From the NCBI GenBank assembly GCA_047967505.1, contig CM106538.1: 64,000 nt of DNA; one strand, written 5' to 3'. The stretch is from Dipteris shenzhenensis (lineage: Eukaryota). The notes below the pieces were generated by a model. The model made no database searches. It was not told the DNA's origin and saw only the letters and a list, made by a program, of their open reading frames with translations. How positions within the stretch are numbered: position 1 is the stretch's first letter; every line of letters starts with the position of its first letter. Position numbers and translations under genes: made by a program. Below, piece by piece: positions 12,000 to 24,362 of this stretch.

Positions 12000-12233
12000 C
12001 TGACTTTCGATGACATGTATGTGTTCAAGAAACTGAGAGAAGACTATCGCCTTCTCAGGAAAACTATTTTGCAAGCCAGGTGATGCCTCTTGTTGGTCAA
12101 CTTCAGAGCTTCCAGGCTCTTTCTCCCAAGCTTGATTGTGACGAGCATCCGTTCCTTGAAGCTCTTTCAGCCTCTTAACAAGATAAGCAACTTTGCTGCT
12201 TGAAGTTGCTTGCCAATCTGGATCCCAGTTGTC
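12000..12233 (-). CDS. Exon 4 of SNF2/F-box/CW/RING helicase (start of helicase C-terminal lobe)
   Basis: DNWDPDWQATSSSKVAYLV...EKAIVFSQFLEHIHVIESQ (SNF2 motif IV region); acceptor TTTCAG before 12233 and donor GTAAT at 11999; phase 0 matches exon 3. Confidence 0.9.
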
Positions 12234-12779
12234 CTGAAACATATGACCCCAAAAACAAAAAGACAAATGAAGCAAAATCAAACCTCAATAAATAATTCAA
12301 ATTATAAAGCATGAAAAAACAACTCTAGTGCATTATTGCTTTTACAGCTGACAGGGTAATGAGTCCAATTGATTTGCAGATCATCACTGTCAAATTCCTC
12401 AAAAATAGATGCGCCCGTGAAGTTTGATTGCTCATGCATCAGTTCTCTGTAAAAAACCCCAGAAGCCCAATGGCCGAAATCAGAGTGGGGCTGTGACAGT
12501 AGCTTCATGCTACATCCAGGAAATCTAATGTGCTTTCATGTTGACTGGCACTCCTGAGGATTGTGCCAGTCAAACATGATTGCTGTCAGGCCCAATCTGC
12601 CTCTAATAAGTCAGGCCCCCAATAAGGACCCTACATGCCCACTGGGTGGAGCAAGGAGTGCAAGAGAAGAGACCTATTCCGAGGATCCGATAAATGAGAG
12701 TGAAAGCAATGTCACTTGAGTCTAGCAATTGCGACGTATTCCTTACTTGGTCGGGCTTGCATCGCGAAAATCAGGCCAG

Positions 12780-13010
12780 AGAAAAGAACCCCCAGCTGTG
12801 TGTGTATGATGCGATGATGTCCACGGGTAATCCGTCTAAAATAAAGTCCTCTCTATGCATGACTGCTAGATCTGTGTTGAAGATCATGACCTTGGTTTTA
12901 CCAAGGTTGACCTTCAAATCATGTCTCTCACAGAAGTATGGAGAGCATCCAAGTATGGCTAGGGGCCCTCCATCGAAGATGAGATGCAGAGGTTTTATAG
13001 CCATCACTGC
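12780..13010 (-). mobile_element. LINE reverse-transcriptase fragment in intron 3
   Basis: FCERHDLKVNLGKTKVMIFN matches the GLxVNxxKTKxMxF motif downstream of YADD in non-LTR RTs. Confidence 0.65.
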
Positions 13011-13129
13011 CTATATAGATTACCTATCTCTACACATACAGTTCCTAATACTCTTCCTCTGACATAGACTCTAGTTACAGGGGGCAGCCTGCCGGAATAA
13101 GAGTTCAAAACTCCCCACCTGTGAACCCC

Positions 13130-15426
13130 CCTGAGGAGGGAAGGGGAGTCATACCATCAGAGGGGATGGGACTAAAATGTCTAACATTTTGGTTTTCTGT
13201 AGCAAAGGAACCATGTTTCTTCGTGCTATAGATGCATCAGCTTCAAGGACAGTGCTGACAGGTGCATATATATATGGTCTCATTTCCCCACAGCAATCCT
13301 TGAAATAGGTGCAGCAAATGCGGTGCAGGTGATAACAGATAATGGCTCCAATTCTGTGGTCATGTGGAGGATGCTTGAGGATGAGTTCCCTGCTATTGTT
13401 TGGACACCCTGTGCTTCTCAAAGTTTGGATCTGGCGATTCAGGATACAGGGAGTATCTCATATATTTTCTACAGCTGTGAGCATCATCAATTTTGTGATT
13501 AAAAGACCCAAGGTATTGAGTAAGTTCATGGAGAATAGTGACCTCGAGCTTCTAAAGCCCTCAAAGACATGGTTTGCTTACATGTTCATAATGTTGAAAG
13601 GGTTGCCCGAATGCAACATGGCTGGCTGTGCACATTGTTTCCCGCGACTGGCAGCAATGGAACGATAGGAATGAACCCAATGCAATGGCTTTTAGTTGCA
13701 TGGTCATGAGATATGCATCGTGGGAGGAGGCTGCAGCTCTAGTGAGGACAATGAACCCCATGTACAGCATTCTCTGCTTGACAGATATGGAGTGGAGCAC
13801 CATCGGGCTTCTCTATGAGTTCATGGACAAAGTGGGGGAAGCCCTTGATGTATGTACTGAGCTGTCTGCAGACAGGTAGGTACTCATGAGTCTTCCTTTC
13901 ATTCTCCAAAGTGGCGAGACCTAAAAGTATAGCTTTAAATTTATGTTTTCAATTTTTCTAAATGTTGTTGGTATTTGCCTTTGATTAATGATTTCTTAAA
14001 AGGGTTCACGACCTTAAGGAGATTTGGAACGCACGTTGGGATTGGTTTAATAGGCCAATCCAAAACATTGCTCATATCCTTCATCCTCTATGGAGAAACA
14101 AGCAGCAATATGTGGACACTGATGGATGGTTAGCTTATATGAGCAAGATTTTGGGAGATGATGATCTACTCTTGAAGGTGAAGGCTGAGCAATTTCTTTT
14201 TCGCAACCGAAGCGGTGTTTTTGGATCGCGCAATGCGAGAGGAAACTCAGCTGGCACCAGTTTCAAATATGGAATTGAGCCACCCCACTTGGTAATCCTT
14301 AACACTACATGCAATACTTTCTTATTAGTTCAGAACATGTGTTTATAGCTCAGCGATTGCAAGCTGCCACTGAGAAGGTCTTATCTTGTTTTGTTTCAGA
14401 GACGCATAGCAATGTGAGTTCTCTCACAAGATTGTAGCTCCGGGCCATTACTCCATACGAAGAAAGGAGCAGAATATCCACGGTGCACTTGGAGAGGTTA
14501 GTCTTTTGCCACTACAATCTGAGCAAACGGACTATCCCACTGAGCCCCGGCAGGTGAATCCCAACATCAACATCACAAGTGCAAGCAGATACCCGATATT
14601 CCACCAGGGAGAGGGATATCTACACCATGCTGTATGAGGAGATCACAGCTCCATATCACCTCACCCAATCCCAGGCAGCAAGTGCAATAACTTCGCATGC
14701 ACCTTTCAAGTGTCTCTGGGAGTGCCAGTAGCAGTGACAAAGAGGATGATGAGGACATGGATGCGGATGAGGAGCAGGATGATAATGAGGCTTGACTTTC
14801 TCACTTTTGATTTGTCACTTGTAAGACAGTAGGACAGTAGGAGTCAGGACTCATGATGTTTGGATTTTATTTTTGTAGGTACGTAGACTACATGACAGTA
14901 GTACTAGGACAGTAGGACTTGGGATATTTGTAGACAGTAGAAGCAAGCCTTCAGGACAGTAGACTGTAGGACTCGGGATGTTCCGAGGATGATGGATCAT
15001 TGATGACTCTGGTTTCATTTTTGTGCTTCATATGTAATCTCCTTTTAGTAGTTATTGACTGTTATCCATGTATGTATTATGGAATCAGTAACAATCTTCA
15101 TATATGAACAGTATGTTTTTTGTAGTTATTCATCTATGGAGTCAATAACAATCTTCATATATGATCAGTATGCTTTTTGTATATAATCACGATTCAGTAT
15201 GGTTTTTGTATTATATATGATCAGTATGTTTTTTGTATCATGTATGGAATCACTTACAATCTTTATTTGCACGTTTTTGTGTATGACATAATGCATATCC
15301 TAGGTATAAATATGCATATTTTCAATGTCCGAACGCCGTTTCATACATTTTACGAAACCCGTTTCATAATTCATTCGTATGAAACCTATTTCATACCTGC
15401 CGTTTCTGAAACGCCTGGCAACTATG
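13130..15426 (+). mobile_element. Decayed hAT transposon (DUF659-type transposase) with intact right end, in intron 3
   Basis: Fragments MFLRAIDAS, VQVITDNGSN, WTPCAS..LDL, TWFAYMFIML, RWDWFNRPI..AHILHP, LERLVFCHYNL and an acidic tail; right end with GTTTCA/GAAAC subterminal motifs ending CCTGGCAACTATG at 15426. Left TIR and TSD not found. Confidence 0.8.
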
Positions 15427-17282
15427 GTACCTTTCTGCTGGGTCTTTACCAGCTCATCTGCAAAACGAAGGGGGTCATTGCTAAGGCATGTACTAGCCTT
15501 ACCAGGGCATACAGTTTGATGGCCTGCACAGCAGTCCACGTGGCTGCCCTTCTGCCATCCCTATAGTCTGTCCATGCTGCCCACGTGGCAGCCTGTTTGC
15601 TGCCCACATGGCAGCCCTCTTTTCTTCTCTAGGATCAGCCCATGTGGCAGTCCTCTCCTTTGTTCACACAGCTTCTGTCAAACCCATGCCTCTTCTAGCC
15701 CAGGTTCCTGCTCTCATCCAATGTCAGCACTGGAGGGCTAGACTACTTGTCAAAGGACTTGCTTGTGCCTCTATTGTCAACTCGCCTTCAGCTTGGTCTG
15801 AAGGCAATGTTGTAGCTCATTGGAAATGCTCAAAGCTGTGGGTTCATTTGATAGCTTGGCCACTAACCAAGTATCTAAAGCTGTGTTGAATCTTATGTCT
15901 GCTAGCTTGTGTTGCCTCTTGCAGGCCTTTTGGCTGTCACTCCTCTGGGATGCACTGCAAACTTGAAGCTCATCTCAGCGTTGAAACGCTACTCTCTTCT
16001 CCTTGTCTTGGAAATCTGTCCGAGGTGCTCCTTACAAGAGCATCAAAAAAGGCCTTTCTCTTCTCAACTGTTAATACTTTTGTTGTCATGTGTGCTACTG
16101 GTCTTGGATGTATGTGCCATTGAGGCTTCTATGCTGTCAGTGAAGCATTGAAGTGCAACTCTCTTCTCATTGTCTCAGAAATATGTCCCAGGTGCTCATT
16201 ACAAGAGCATCCAAAAAGGTGTTTGTCTTCTTAATTTTTGTTGTCATGTGTGCTACTTGTTTGGGCCATATGTGCCATTGAGCTTCTGTGTTGTCACTGA
16301 AGAGATATTGGAGCAGCTAGGCGATGATGTCGTTGGAGCCTTACGCCCTCTCAATCTCCATCCAGAGGAGGATGAGGTAAAGATCAAATAGGCACTCTGG
16401 AGTTTTATACCCACGATTGCAGGAGACACTTGATGGAATCCTTCGGAAACCATCACTCAAGCAGACTTTAAGCATTCCATGGTCACCACTTGTATCTTAA
16501 TTTGCAAACTCTCTCTGTTTGTACATGAGGTTTCAGATAGAGGGAAGTTATAGAGATACTTCCCAGGGCTGTAGCCTAAGATTCCCCCAAATTAGAGGAA
16601 AATCCCTAGATTGGAGGGTGCAAGGAGGTTTCACTTTCTTTAAAATCAGAAATGATGGAGGCAAATTCTATTAAAAGGAGGAATGGTCTTTTACCATTAA
16701 GAAAAAAAAAGTGGCAGAAATTCCATTACAGCAGCTACATTCCTGAATATACCACTCTTGTGGATCTCTGCCAAATAAAAGGGCACAAAAGTGATGAGCT
16801 GGAACAAGGAGTAGCAGAGCCTTACGAAAAGAGGAAGCTATGCACTGAAATTGATGGAAATACAGAAAAGTTTTTTTAAAACTTAATAAAGTTGGCAAAA
16901 GAATCAAAGCACCCATGTGAGGGGGAAGTGGACACCTGAGCAAAGGGCAGTTGCAAAATCAAGACCAAGGAGACAGGCAAGCTCAGCATGCTAGTGGAAA
17001 TTCCTAATGATCAAGAACCTGGAAACATGGAGGACATGGATGCCATGGGGTCACTGCATTTGAGTCTAGGGCTCTGGATTTGTGGTATGGTTTGGGCAAT
17101 TTTTTTACAGAGCAGATAAATGAGCTTAGTATGTTATGCTCGTTTCCAAATCTACACACTATTGTTGTTCCCTCTACCTCCTGCCTTAAATCTCTCACCC
17201 TCACCTGTAGACTCCCCCTCTCTCACCTCGCCTTCCAGAACAATACACTGTTAGATTCCAGGGAGAGGGCCAGGGGCAGTAC

Positions 17283-17496
17283 CTGCACATATGAAGGTTG
17301 CAATTCAATGAGATCCTGTGGAACAGGCCATTTAGGGTTTGGATTCTCAGGTCGAGTCAAGTCTTCTGGGCTCTGCATTTTGTAAGGGCTTCCACAGCCT
17401 TGCAAGGTGCATCTCTCCCGATCAAGGGCTACACAGTCCAAGCAAAGCAAATGTTTGCAAGGAGTAACTATCGGTAGTCTACACCACTCGCCACAC
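17283..17496 (-). CDS. Exon 3 of SNF2/F-box/CW/RING helicase (RING finger)
   Basis: (R)CGEWCRLPIVTPCKHLLCLDC...RCTLQGC...PENPNPKWPVPQDLIELQPSYVQ; acceptor CACAG ends 17497, donor GTAC at 17282; phases consistent. Confidence 0.93.
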
Positions 17497-17600
17497 CTGT
17501 GAACAGCACCATATGCGTATAAAAGCCAGAACAAATGCATGATTTGAAAGCGAGACCTGGCTTTCCAAATCCAAAGACCAACCATTTACAATTGTGTTAC

Positions 17601-20138
17601 CTGTTACACGTGCCTCCAACAAGCAGTGCATTTTTTATCACGGCAAACTCTAAAGATAGAGAGTCCATGCCTTCTTCAGCTAACATGTCCATGGTTTCTC
17701 GGATATCTTCTCCTGCATTTTCAACTTTAATGTGACCAGCAACACAACAAGAGAGTCTAACATTCCTGATGGTGGTACTTCGGAACTTCCATTGTTTTGG
17801 ATTCAGAAGTGATTCCACATGTGATGGATCATTCCAATCTGCCATTAGAATATTTCGCCGAACTGTCTCTACTAGCTCATTATAGCTTTCTGCATGTTTT
17901 GGTGTAAAATCAAGCAGAGTGATCTTGCGTACACATGGTGGGATTGTGCAAAGATCAGATTTCCGAGCACTGATCATACACCTTTGCAAAAGTTGCAGCA
18001 GACGGACACGCCCCTCTTCAAGTCCAACCTCAAATGGTTTCAGAATGCCGCTTTCCCATAATCTTTGGCTTCCTCCATAAACAGGCTCATGAAGAAATTT
18101 GAGCATTGGCTGCAGGTGCGCCACCTGGCTGTTTGGTGTATGAGGCGTTGGCGTGCCAGTAAGCACCCATCTCCGAGATGCATGCATAGACATGGCCATC
18201 TGCAACTTATTTGTGAGACTAAGGCTTGCTCCCAGAGTATGCCCTTCATCCAGCATTATCCGCAGCCAGTGCACACACATCAGAACACTGCTTTCTTTAT
18301 AACTCCACTCAGAGCTTAACCGTGAAAATGTTGTGATTACAATATCAAAATTCCATGCAAGCTCTTGAACCTTTGGAGCCTTTTTGGGGTCATTCCAGAC
18401 ACAGACACGCAACTGACCAGGTTTAGTGTGCCTTGAAATTTGATTCCTCCAATGTTCCACGAGATTTGGTGGCACAACGATAAGAGTTGCCCTAGAAAGA
18501 TATAACCTAACAACGTCCAATGGCCTGTTGAGTGCTTCCCTCAAAGCAGCTAGATCGAATATCAGACCATCCAGGAATGGAGGATAGCACCATTTTTTCA
18601 ATCCTTTACCCTCCCTTTTCCGAATCAAGCCAAATTTTAGGAATAAACTTTCATATCGGTGTTGGTCCTCCCAAGCAGTAAACTCGTGTAGTGATGGAGG
18701 GACTGAAACACCTGCACCAGACATTTTTATCAGTTTTTCGGAGCTCAAATTTACAAGCCATGTCAAAGCTCTATTTGTCTCTCTGTCCCTCAAAGATGCA
18801 CAATCCTTCAGCACGTTTGCAAAGTGAATTATGTTTTGCTCAAGACCAGAGGCACATCCTGCTTTGTAGAATCCTGGCAAGGATGATATGAGTCCACATT
18901 CCCAATTTTCTTCCGGATCTGAACAGCTTTGACGCATAGGGTCTTTGTTCATGTTGCAAAACCAAGCAAGCCCTTCCTCAGGGGCTTTAACCCCGTCCTT
19001 TATCTTCCGCCATTTGCTACAAGAATCGCACTGGACCCAAACATCATGTGCATACAGATTTGCCTGATTAGAATCCTTGAACTCATAGTTGTCCTTCACT
19101 GAAATCCCAGAACCAGGAGCAGAAGAGCCCTCATCCACAAGCAATCCTTCATATGCTTCAAGCAACTTCCGTTTCAAACTGTTTGAAGCTCTAGTCCCAA
19201 GACCCAGTTCTGGCAAGCGATGCCTTGTTGACCTACCGTCCAGTGTAGTTTCAGAGAATTCTCTCTGTCTCTTTCGCCCTGGCAAGCTTTGTGTAGCTGC
19301 TGCAAGGGAATGAGAAGATGACTGAGAGGATGGTGGAGTGCCATCAATCCTGTTGTGTTTGGCTTTTAGTTCCATGCATCGTTTTAGCACAGAACCAACC
19401 CGATGAGAGCTTACTTCATAGTATCCATACCTGTCTCCAGACCTATGTTCACACCAATTTACATGTGTCCCGGCTGGAGGTGTTGCCAGTGTACCCTGTG
19501 TCTTCAAAATTAGAGAAAGTGCAGTCACGGTCTTTCCTAGACCCGGCTCATCACAAAAAAGACCCCCCCTGAAATCTGTGATACAAGGAGGTGCTTCTGG
19601 AGAGAGTTCACCAGACAAACAGTTGAGATAAAAATGAAAGCCATCCTCTGTCCGCAGATCTTTATAAAGAGGATGGACAAGGGTTACGGGATGCAGCTCC
19701 CGCTGCAGCATCCAACCTACTGCTGCCTGTTGGTGAGGAAAAAGCTTCAAGTGCATGCATGGCATGATACACAACGCTACCTCCCGTGTATGCTTACATG
19801 TAGCTGCCATGCTTTGAAGATCTTTCGGTGAAAGCCTGATAAAGATAGAAGTCAGGACTTCATTGGGCATGTCCCAGATCCCAGGAAAAGAAGGCTCTTC
19901 CCCATTTTTGGAAGCGATTGCTGAGCTAAAGACCTTTTCTTCCCTGCTAAGGGATGGAAGTGACTTGAAAATAGCATACATGTCAAACTTTGCCTGTCTA
20001 GTTGCTTCTGAAGTTTCACTATGCATGTCACAACCGAGAACCTGACAGTCTCCCAAATGCCAGATATCATCACAATCTGCGGACTCAAGCTTTCGACTCT
20101 CATGCTTAAGGCACTTTCTTCTGCTCTCCCAATCGCAG
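17601..20138 (-). CDS. Exon 2 of SNF2-family helicase with F-box and CW zinc finger (At3g54460-like)
   Basis: Open frame with F-box (IWDMPNEVLTSIFIRLSPKDL), Walker A GGLFCDEPGLGKT, CW finger WVQCDSCSKWR...WFCNMN, motif Ia TLIVVP, Walker B IMLDEGH, motif III LTGTP; acceptor TTTACAG ends 20139, donor GTAAC at 17600. Confidence 0.96.
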
Positions 20139-20272
20139 CTGTAAAATAAAATATAACAGGAAACTGTCTACATGGGATGGCAAACACCTCACAAAGAAAA
20201 GAGAAAGAAACACTGGGAATTTAGTAAGACTAATCAAACTTCACACGATTAAAAAGAGGGCAAAAGAAGTAC

Positions 20273-21219
20273 CTGAGATGGTTCAGAATTGAAGTAAACG
20301 CGGGACTCGGCGTCCAATAGTTCCGACCTGACCACAAAAAGGATGGCAGATACAAATCCAGTACAACCACAGCACGCACGTCAGCCGCCCTGCGAGCAAC
20401 CCGGACGACATGCCCTTTAACTTTTACCCCGTTTCGCACGGTCATAACCTGCAAATTATTCAAGATCTGGCCACCGCCGTCCCCATAACCCGTTATTCTC
20501 CGTTTCTTACTTGAGGTCCTTGTCTGTAAAGATGGAGTCGCTGCGCCAATAGTGGAATTCGCATCCGGAGTAGGAAGCGTGCGTTCAAGTTTAGCGTTGG
20601 CGCTGCAATTACCTCCGTTCTTAGTGAATGCATGGCTAAGATCTCCGCAAATTTCCCCCGACGATTCCCTAGACTCTTCAATTCCAGACATGCCTCGGCG
20701 GCCTGCAGAAGGAGGCGTGCCAAAATTCGAATTGTCTCCATGCCTTTCAGCTTTCGGCGTGTTTTCGCTTCTAGCAGAAACAATAGGACTGAGCACAAAG
20801 CCTCCGCTTGTATGAAATTTAACCTCAGCACCTTCCCCCGTGAGCCAACATTCGGCCCCAACGAGACCTTCCAAGGGCTCTGCCTCTGACCGGGATAGGC
20901 TTCGAGAGTTGGCGTATTGCCGCCGACGACAATAGAATGCACTCTCGAAGCAAAAATCGTATTTTGCGCTAGGTGTCTTTCCTGCGGCTACGAGCGAACT
21001 GCAGGGCTGCTCGCGACCCACATTTGCAGCGACTTGCGAGTCGGAAGAGGTCGCGGCAGCGCAGGGGGGGTCGTGGCCCAATCGGGGATTCACGGTAAGG
21101 GAGGAGTCCGAAGCGAAGTGAGGCTTGGGAGGCTCAAGGACGGATACGACGAGGGGGAGGAAGCCACAGAGCTTGAAATCATGGGAGAGGGAAGGGGATT
21201 CGGGGCGAAGGTCGGCCAT
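20273..21219 (-). CDS. Exon 1 of SNF2/F-box/CW/RING helicase
   Basis: ATG in CCATGG context at 21219; KLCGFL near the start and RAVVVLDLYLP..LWSG near the end; donor AG|GTAC at 20272 splices in frame to give HLSCDWESR. The four exons total 3933 nt (1311 codons) with no stop. Confidence 0.9.
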
Positions 21220-21560
21220 GGAAGAGGCAGGGGAGGAAAAGACATAGCCAGGGGAGTCAAGGGAAGGAGAGGGGAGCCATAGCCAGGTCTGCGAAGGCTA
21301 AAGAGGAGCATATGAAGAAGGAGGACGCCATAGCCAAGAGCTTCAACTGCAACAAAAACAGAACAAAAGAAAACAAGAAGACGATGAAGAAGAAGAAGAA
21401 GAAGAAGTAGAAGGGAGGAAATGAAAACAGAAAACGAATAATCGTTTTATATTTTTCTTTTATATTTTTTCCACTCTTTTTTTTACAGCGCGGCTTTTTA
21501 ACGTTACCTCGTCCTCCCCGACTCCCGAGTCCGTAGCTAATACAATTTATTTTTTTTAAT
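21220..21560 (-). promoter_or_regulatory. Probable 5' UTR / proximal promoter of the helicase gene
   Basis: Pyrimidine-rich leader with (CTT)n tract (21385-21412 on minus), CpG-containing, AT-rich TATA-like stretches at ~21445-21465; TSS not determinable. Confidence 0.5.
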
Positions 21561-22147
21561 ATTTAGTACGTATTCTGGGATTTTCCCGTTATTTTTTGCT
21601 TTCCCCCCACGCTTTTCAAATCCTACGTCAGCTTCCCTATTTTGCCCTCTTTTTTTTTTTATTTTACTCTAAATGGCAAAGTTCCATTTCCAACTTTGGA
21701 GGCCAACTGCTTGTCATCATCTTGATTAGAAACTTTTTGGCCTGTCCTGGAAGGATAGGTCTTGGCAATGAAATTGGGATTTAGAATCTTCTCGAGTTTC
21801 ACTCCAGTCTTTCATACTTTCCTCAAAACACCTTACTTTTCTTGAGTTTCACTCGAGTCCTCCATACTACCCTCGTATTCTCTCTCTCACTAAGGTTTCT
21901 GCGCTCTTTTTCCACTGCACATCCAAAAATCAACCACATTAAATTAAAAACTGCCTATAGGACAGGCCCATTGAATTAATTTACCTTGTTACAATGCATT
22001 TCATTAAGTCAAGTAGAGGTATCACAACAAATCACAACATTAGAGCTACGGATCCCTTGAGAGATTTTTATATATTCATTTATTTGCTTATTTATTTTTA
22101 TATTTATATTTATCTATTTGGCATCTCGCCATGGAGAGTCTATCTAA

Positions 22148-22486
22148 GGGCGGGTTCACACCATCCGCCCGCCCAAGTAGTCAGAGAGGCGGACAGTCGG
22201 GTGTGTGGTTCACACCACTCGACAGACAAAGTATAACAAATCTCATCGCATTCAATGTCACTCAAAGACCATTGGTGGAGTGGTTGAATGGATAAAATCT
22301 CTGTCACACATCGTGGGTTCAAATTCTATCAATGTGCTTCGCATGAAAAAATCCACCCGCCCAACTAGATGGGTGGTCTCCTCCCGTTGAATGAAAATTT
22401 TTGGAGAGTCTGGGCCCCCGCTCTCTATTGGTCCACATGTGACCACGACCCTTGTGGGTGGGCGGGCGGTTGGTGTGAACCCGTCC
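22148..22486. mobile_element. Tourist-like (PIF/Harbinger) MITE
   Basis: TIRs GGGCGGGTTCACACCA.CCGCCCGCCCA / TGGGCGGGCGG.TGGTGTGAACCCGTCC; TAA TSD at 22145-22147 and 22487-22489; 339 bp. Confidence 0.88.
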
Positions 22487-24362
22487 TAAGGCTGTTTACA
22501 CACTGGCGGGTCGCCCATCCCAAAAATCTATTGCAAAGAGCCACACGGTGGCATCCAATTGGTCCCGTATTTTTAGGCCCATGCCCAACTTTAGGTGGGC
22601 AAGACCCCCCGCCCAATTGCCCGGGCAGAGGATTTCTTTTATCCCAAAAAATTACTACGCAAGTTTGGTGGGGCTCTAACTCATTACCTCCTACCACGCA
22701 TTTCGATCTTCATCTAGTTCGATCTTTTCCTTTCTTCCTTGCGGCGCACCACCATGTGCTTGCTACAATTTTGCAAGCAGAAGCGAAAGATGATTAGTCC
22801 AACAAGCATCTAAGTGTAAATTGCCCTCACATGTCACGAAACAAAAAGTGCAGCATTTGTTTCACTCTAGCACCTGAAGCTTTTCCTTTATAATAGGATG
22901 GTTACTTGCTCTGTTTACTAGCATTCTCTTTCTAGAGGACTACTTTTGTAGAGAATTGGAACTAGCTTATCCCCAAAACTTTCCTAACTAATTGCTTGTC
23001 TAAGCTTATAAAGTTTAGAATGGCTAACATACCGACTTTTATTATGTACATAAAAGGGAAAAAGATATAAAACTGGCCAACTTAAATGGGTTGGCTAGGC
23101 AGAAAGGCTCAATACAACCAACAAAAACCTAACCCCCAAGACATCAACCCTCATACATCATATCTTCCCAAATCACACAAACAACTTCCCACGAGAGAGT
23201 CTCTCTTCCAACAGCATCTACTTCACCAAGCTCAAGACTGCAAACTCTCTATAACCAACCCCAACCCCATTCTCGCCTCATTCCAGATGGACGCAACACG
23301 AATATGCTACCAACATGCCGCAAGCATCAAAGGAAACCCATGAGTATCTCCTAACACCATCTTCAATTAGTTCTTAAGGAAAATTTACCCATTAGACTAA
23401 CCTTCCAAATCACCGCTACCACCCCACACCACACTTTCCTTGACACACTGCAAGCCCATAGCAAATGAATGCCACTCTCTACACTCCGCTCACATTGGAT
23501 TTAGCTTAAAACATTTGGGCATTCTACCCCACACAGGCAACCAATTGTGCAAAACCTTCCAAAGAAAGAAGCTTGCCTTGCCATCGTGTTAACCTTTCCA
23601 CAAATCAGTACACCTCTTCCACTCAGACTTATAACCTCCTACTCTTCCATGAGGTTTCCATACACCATTCTAGCAATAAGCTTCCTTGAACAAGTACCTC
23701 CCAATGCCCACTCCAATCTAAACACGGGCTACCATTGGAAGGGCACCCATCCGGGACATTATGAATCACTCTAAAGACCAACTCTATCTCTCTATCAGAC
23801 AACTCAAATTGATCCCTCAATGCCCTAACTGACCTCTAATTCGCCCTCCTCATGTCCCGTAGATGCAGCCAATACTTATTATCTTTCTTATGGAGAGATC
23901 AAGCCACCTACAAATCCATCCAAGCCAAAGCTTTATCTTGAAAGGTCACTGCCTAGCACCACCAAACCCCCTCATGCAAACTAGCATCTTCCCACAACCC
24001 CGCCTGTCTCTTCCACTTCATCAAACTACCACAGCTTTTCTAAGCATCAACCATTCCAACCAACGGGTCAAAACCTTGAATTTTCACATGAAACTAGGAA
24101 CATAATTTATCATACCAGCTCAAATACTTCCACACTTACACACCTCTACCCTCCCCCCCCTCTAAGAACCATTTAAAGCACTCCACCCAAGGAGCATGTC
24201 TTTCAAACACTTTCAGTATCCATGTATTGATCAAAGCAACATTCTTTTTATTAATATCCGGGAGCCCCAATCCTCCATTATTTTTGGTTGCCTCCATTGC
24301 GTCCCAATGCCACCTCCTCTTATCCCCCTCCTTAGCCTAAATGAAACCCCATAGCATCTTTT

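Noticed and set aside
13063-13090. CATAG / CTAGTTAC as the left TIR of the intronic hAT
   Set aside because: Poor match to CATAGTTGCC and no 8-bp TSD matching GTACCTTT after 15426.
17535-21282. Plus-strand and alternate-frame ORFs overlapping the helicase exons
   Set aside because: Shadow ORFs of a real coding sequence.
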